A stretch of 64,000 nucleotides of DNA from Bugula neritina (Eukaryota; Animalia; Bryozoa): positions 14,207,675-14,271,674 of the forward strand of contig OZ037768.1 in the NCBI GenBank assembly GCA_964035545.1, read 5' to 3'. The notes beneath the pieces were generated by a model. The model worked only from the letters and a program-made list of their open reading frames with translations. It did no database searches and was not told where the DNA came from. The position numbers were made by a program, and so were the translations under genes. Below, piece after piece: positions 63,601 through 64,000 of this stretch; within the stretch, counting starts at the first letter, position 1, and the number at the start of each line of letters is the position of its first letter.

Positions 63601-64000
63601 AAGGTGTTGCCGTTCGGGTTGACCTCTGCCGCGGTCACTTCTCAAAGACTCATGGAGCAAGTCCTTAGTGGACTCCACTGGAAGACACTGCTCATCTACC
63701 TCGATGACGTCATTATGATCTCCCTAGACTTTGCGACCCATGTCAGCTGTCTGAAGGAGGTTTTCGAATGACTCAGAGGTGCCGGTCTAAAACTGAAACC
63801 CTCCAAGTGCGCTTTGTTACAGCCGGAGGTTAAATCCCTAGGACACGTCGTTGGTCGAAACGGCGTGGCGACGGATCCCGAGAAGGTATGGGCAGTGGAG
63901 AACTAGGGTACTACCGGCAGTACATACCAGACTTTGCGGGGAAAACAAAGCTGTTAAATTGGCTCACCGCAAAGGGGGTTCTTTAACAGTGGACTCCGGT
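60611..64000 (+). mobile_element. Second, degenerate Ty3/Gypsy element (5' LTR, gag, PR, RT); continues beyond the window
   Basis: Putative LTR 60611-61056 (TGTCATGG...CTATAACA) preceded by ATAT; PBS TGGTGGCAGCGGTGGGAT at 61058-61075; gag from 61122 with an intact CWECGGRKHLRLKC knuckle but a frameshift and stops; FLLDSGC, WSSPVVLV, YLDD. Clearly homologous to element 1 at protein level. The LTR start is inferred because the 3' LTR is outside the window. Confidence 0.92.

Overview
AT-rich, intron-rich animal (probably invertebrate) genomic DNA; the taxon cannot be fixed from the sequence. Four conserved spliced genes can be rebuilt exon by exon with GT-AG junctions and continuous frames: LMBR1 (+, 18906-30323), PSMD6/RPN7 (-, 37225-40724), MORN3 (+, 46746-47605) and CDC27/APC3 (-, 48027-56340). 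Most of the remainder is mobile DNA: a decayed restriction-like-endonuclease retrotransposon, a full-length RTE LINE with a 19-bp TSD, a near-intact Ty3/Gypsy element nested in one arm of a 444-bp foldback with an AT-satellite core, a 5'-truncated CR1-group LINE, a second degenerate Gypsy running off the window, an LTR remnant, several MITEs and microsatellites. The most notable unannotated signals are: (1) a complete type I hammerhead ribozyme in a ~120-nt island inside a (TA)n tract; (2) a twister ribozyme motif starting exactly at the RTE 5' junction; (3) the CDC27 exon-4 splice donor amplified six times, with only the first copy able to give full protein; (4) an unexplained ~400-nt multi-helix GC-rich island; (5) a -1 frameshift signal shared by both Gypsy elements; (6) a perfect 49-bp hairpin. 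Coordinates, pairings and identities were read by eye; homology calls rest on recalled protein and RNA motifs, not database searches.
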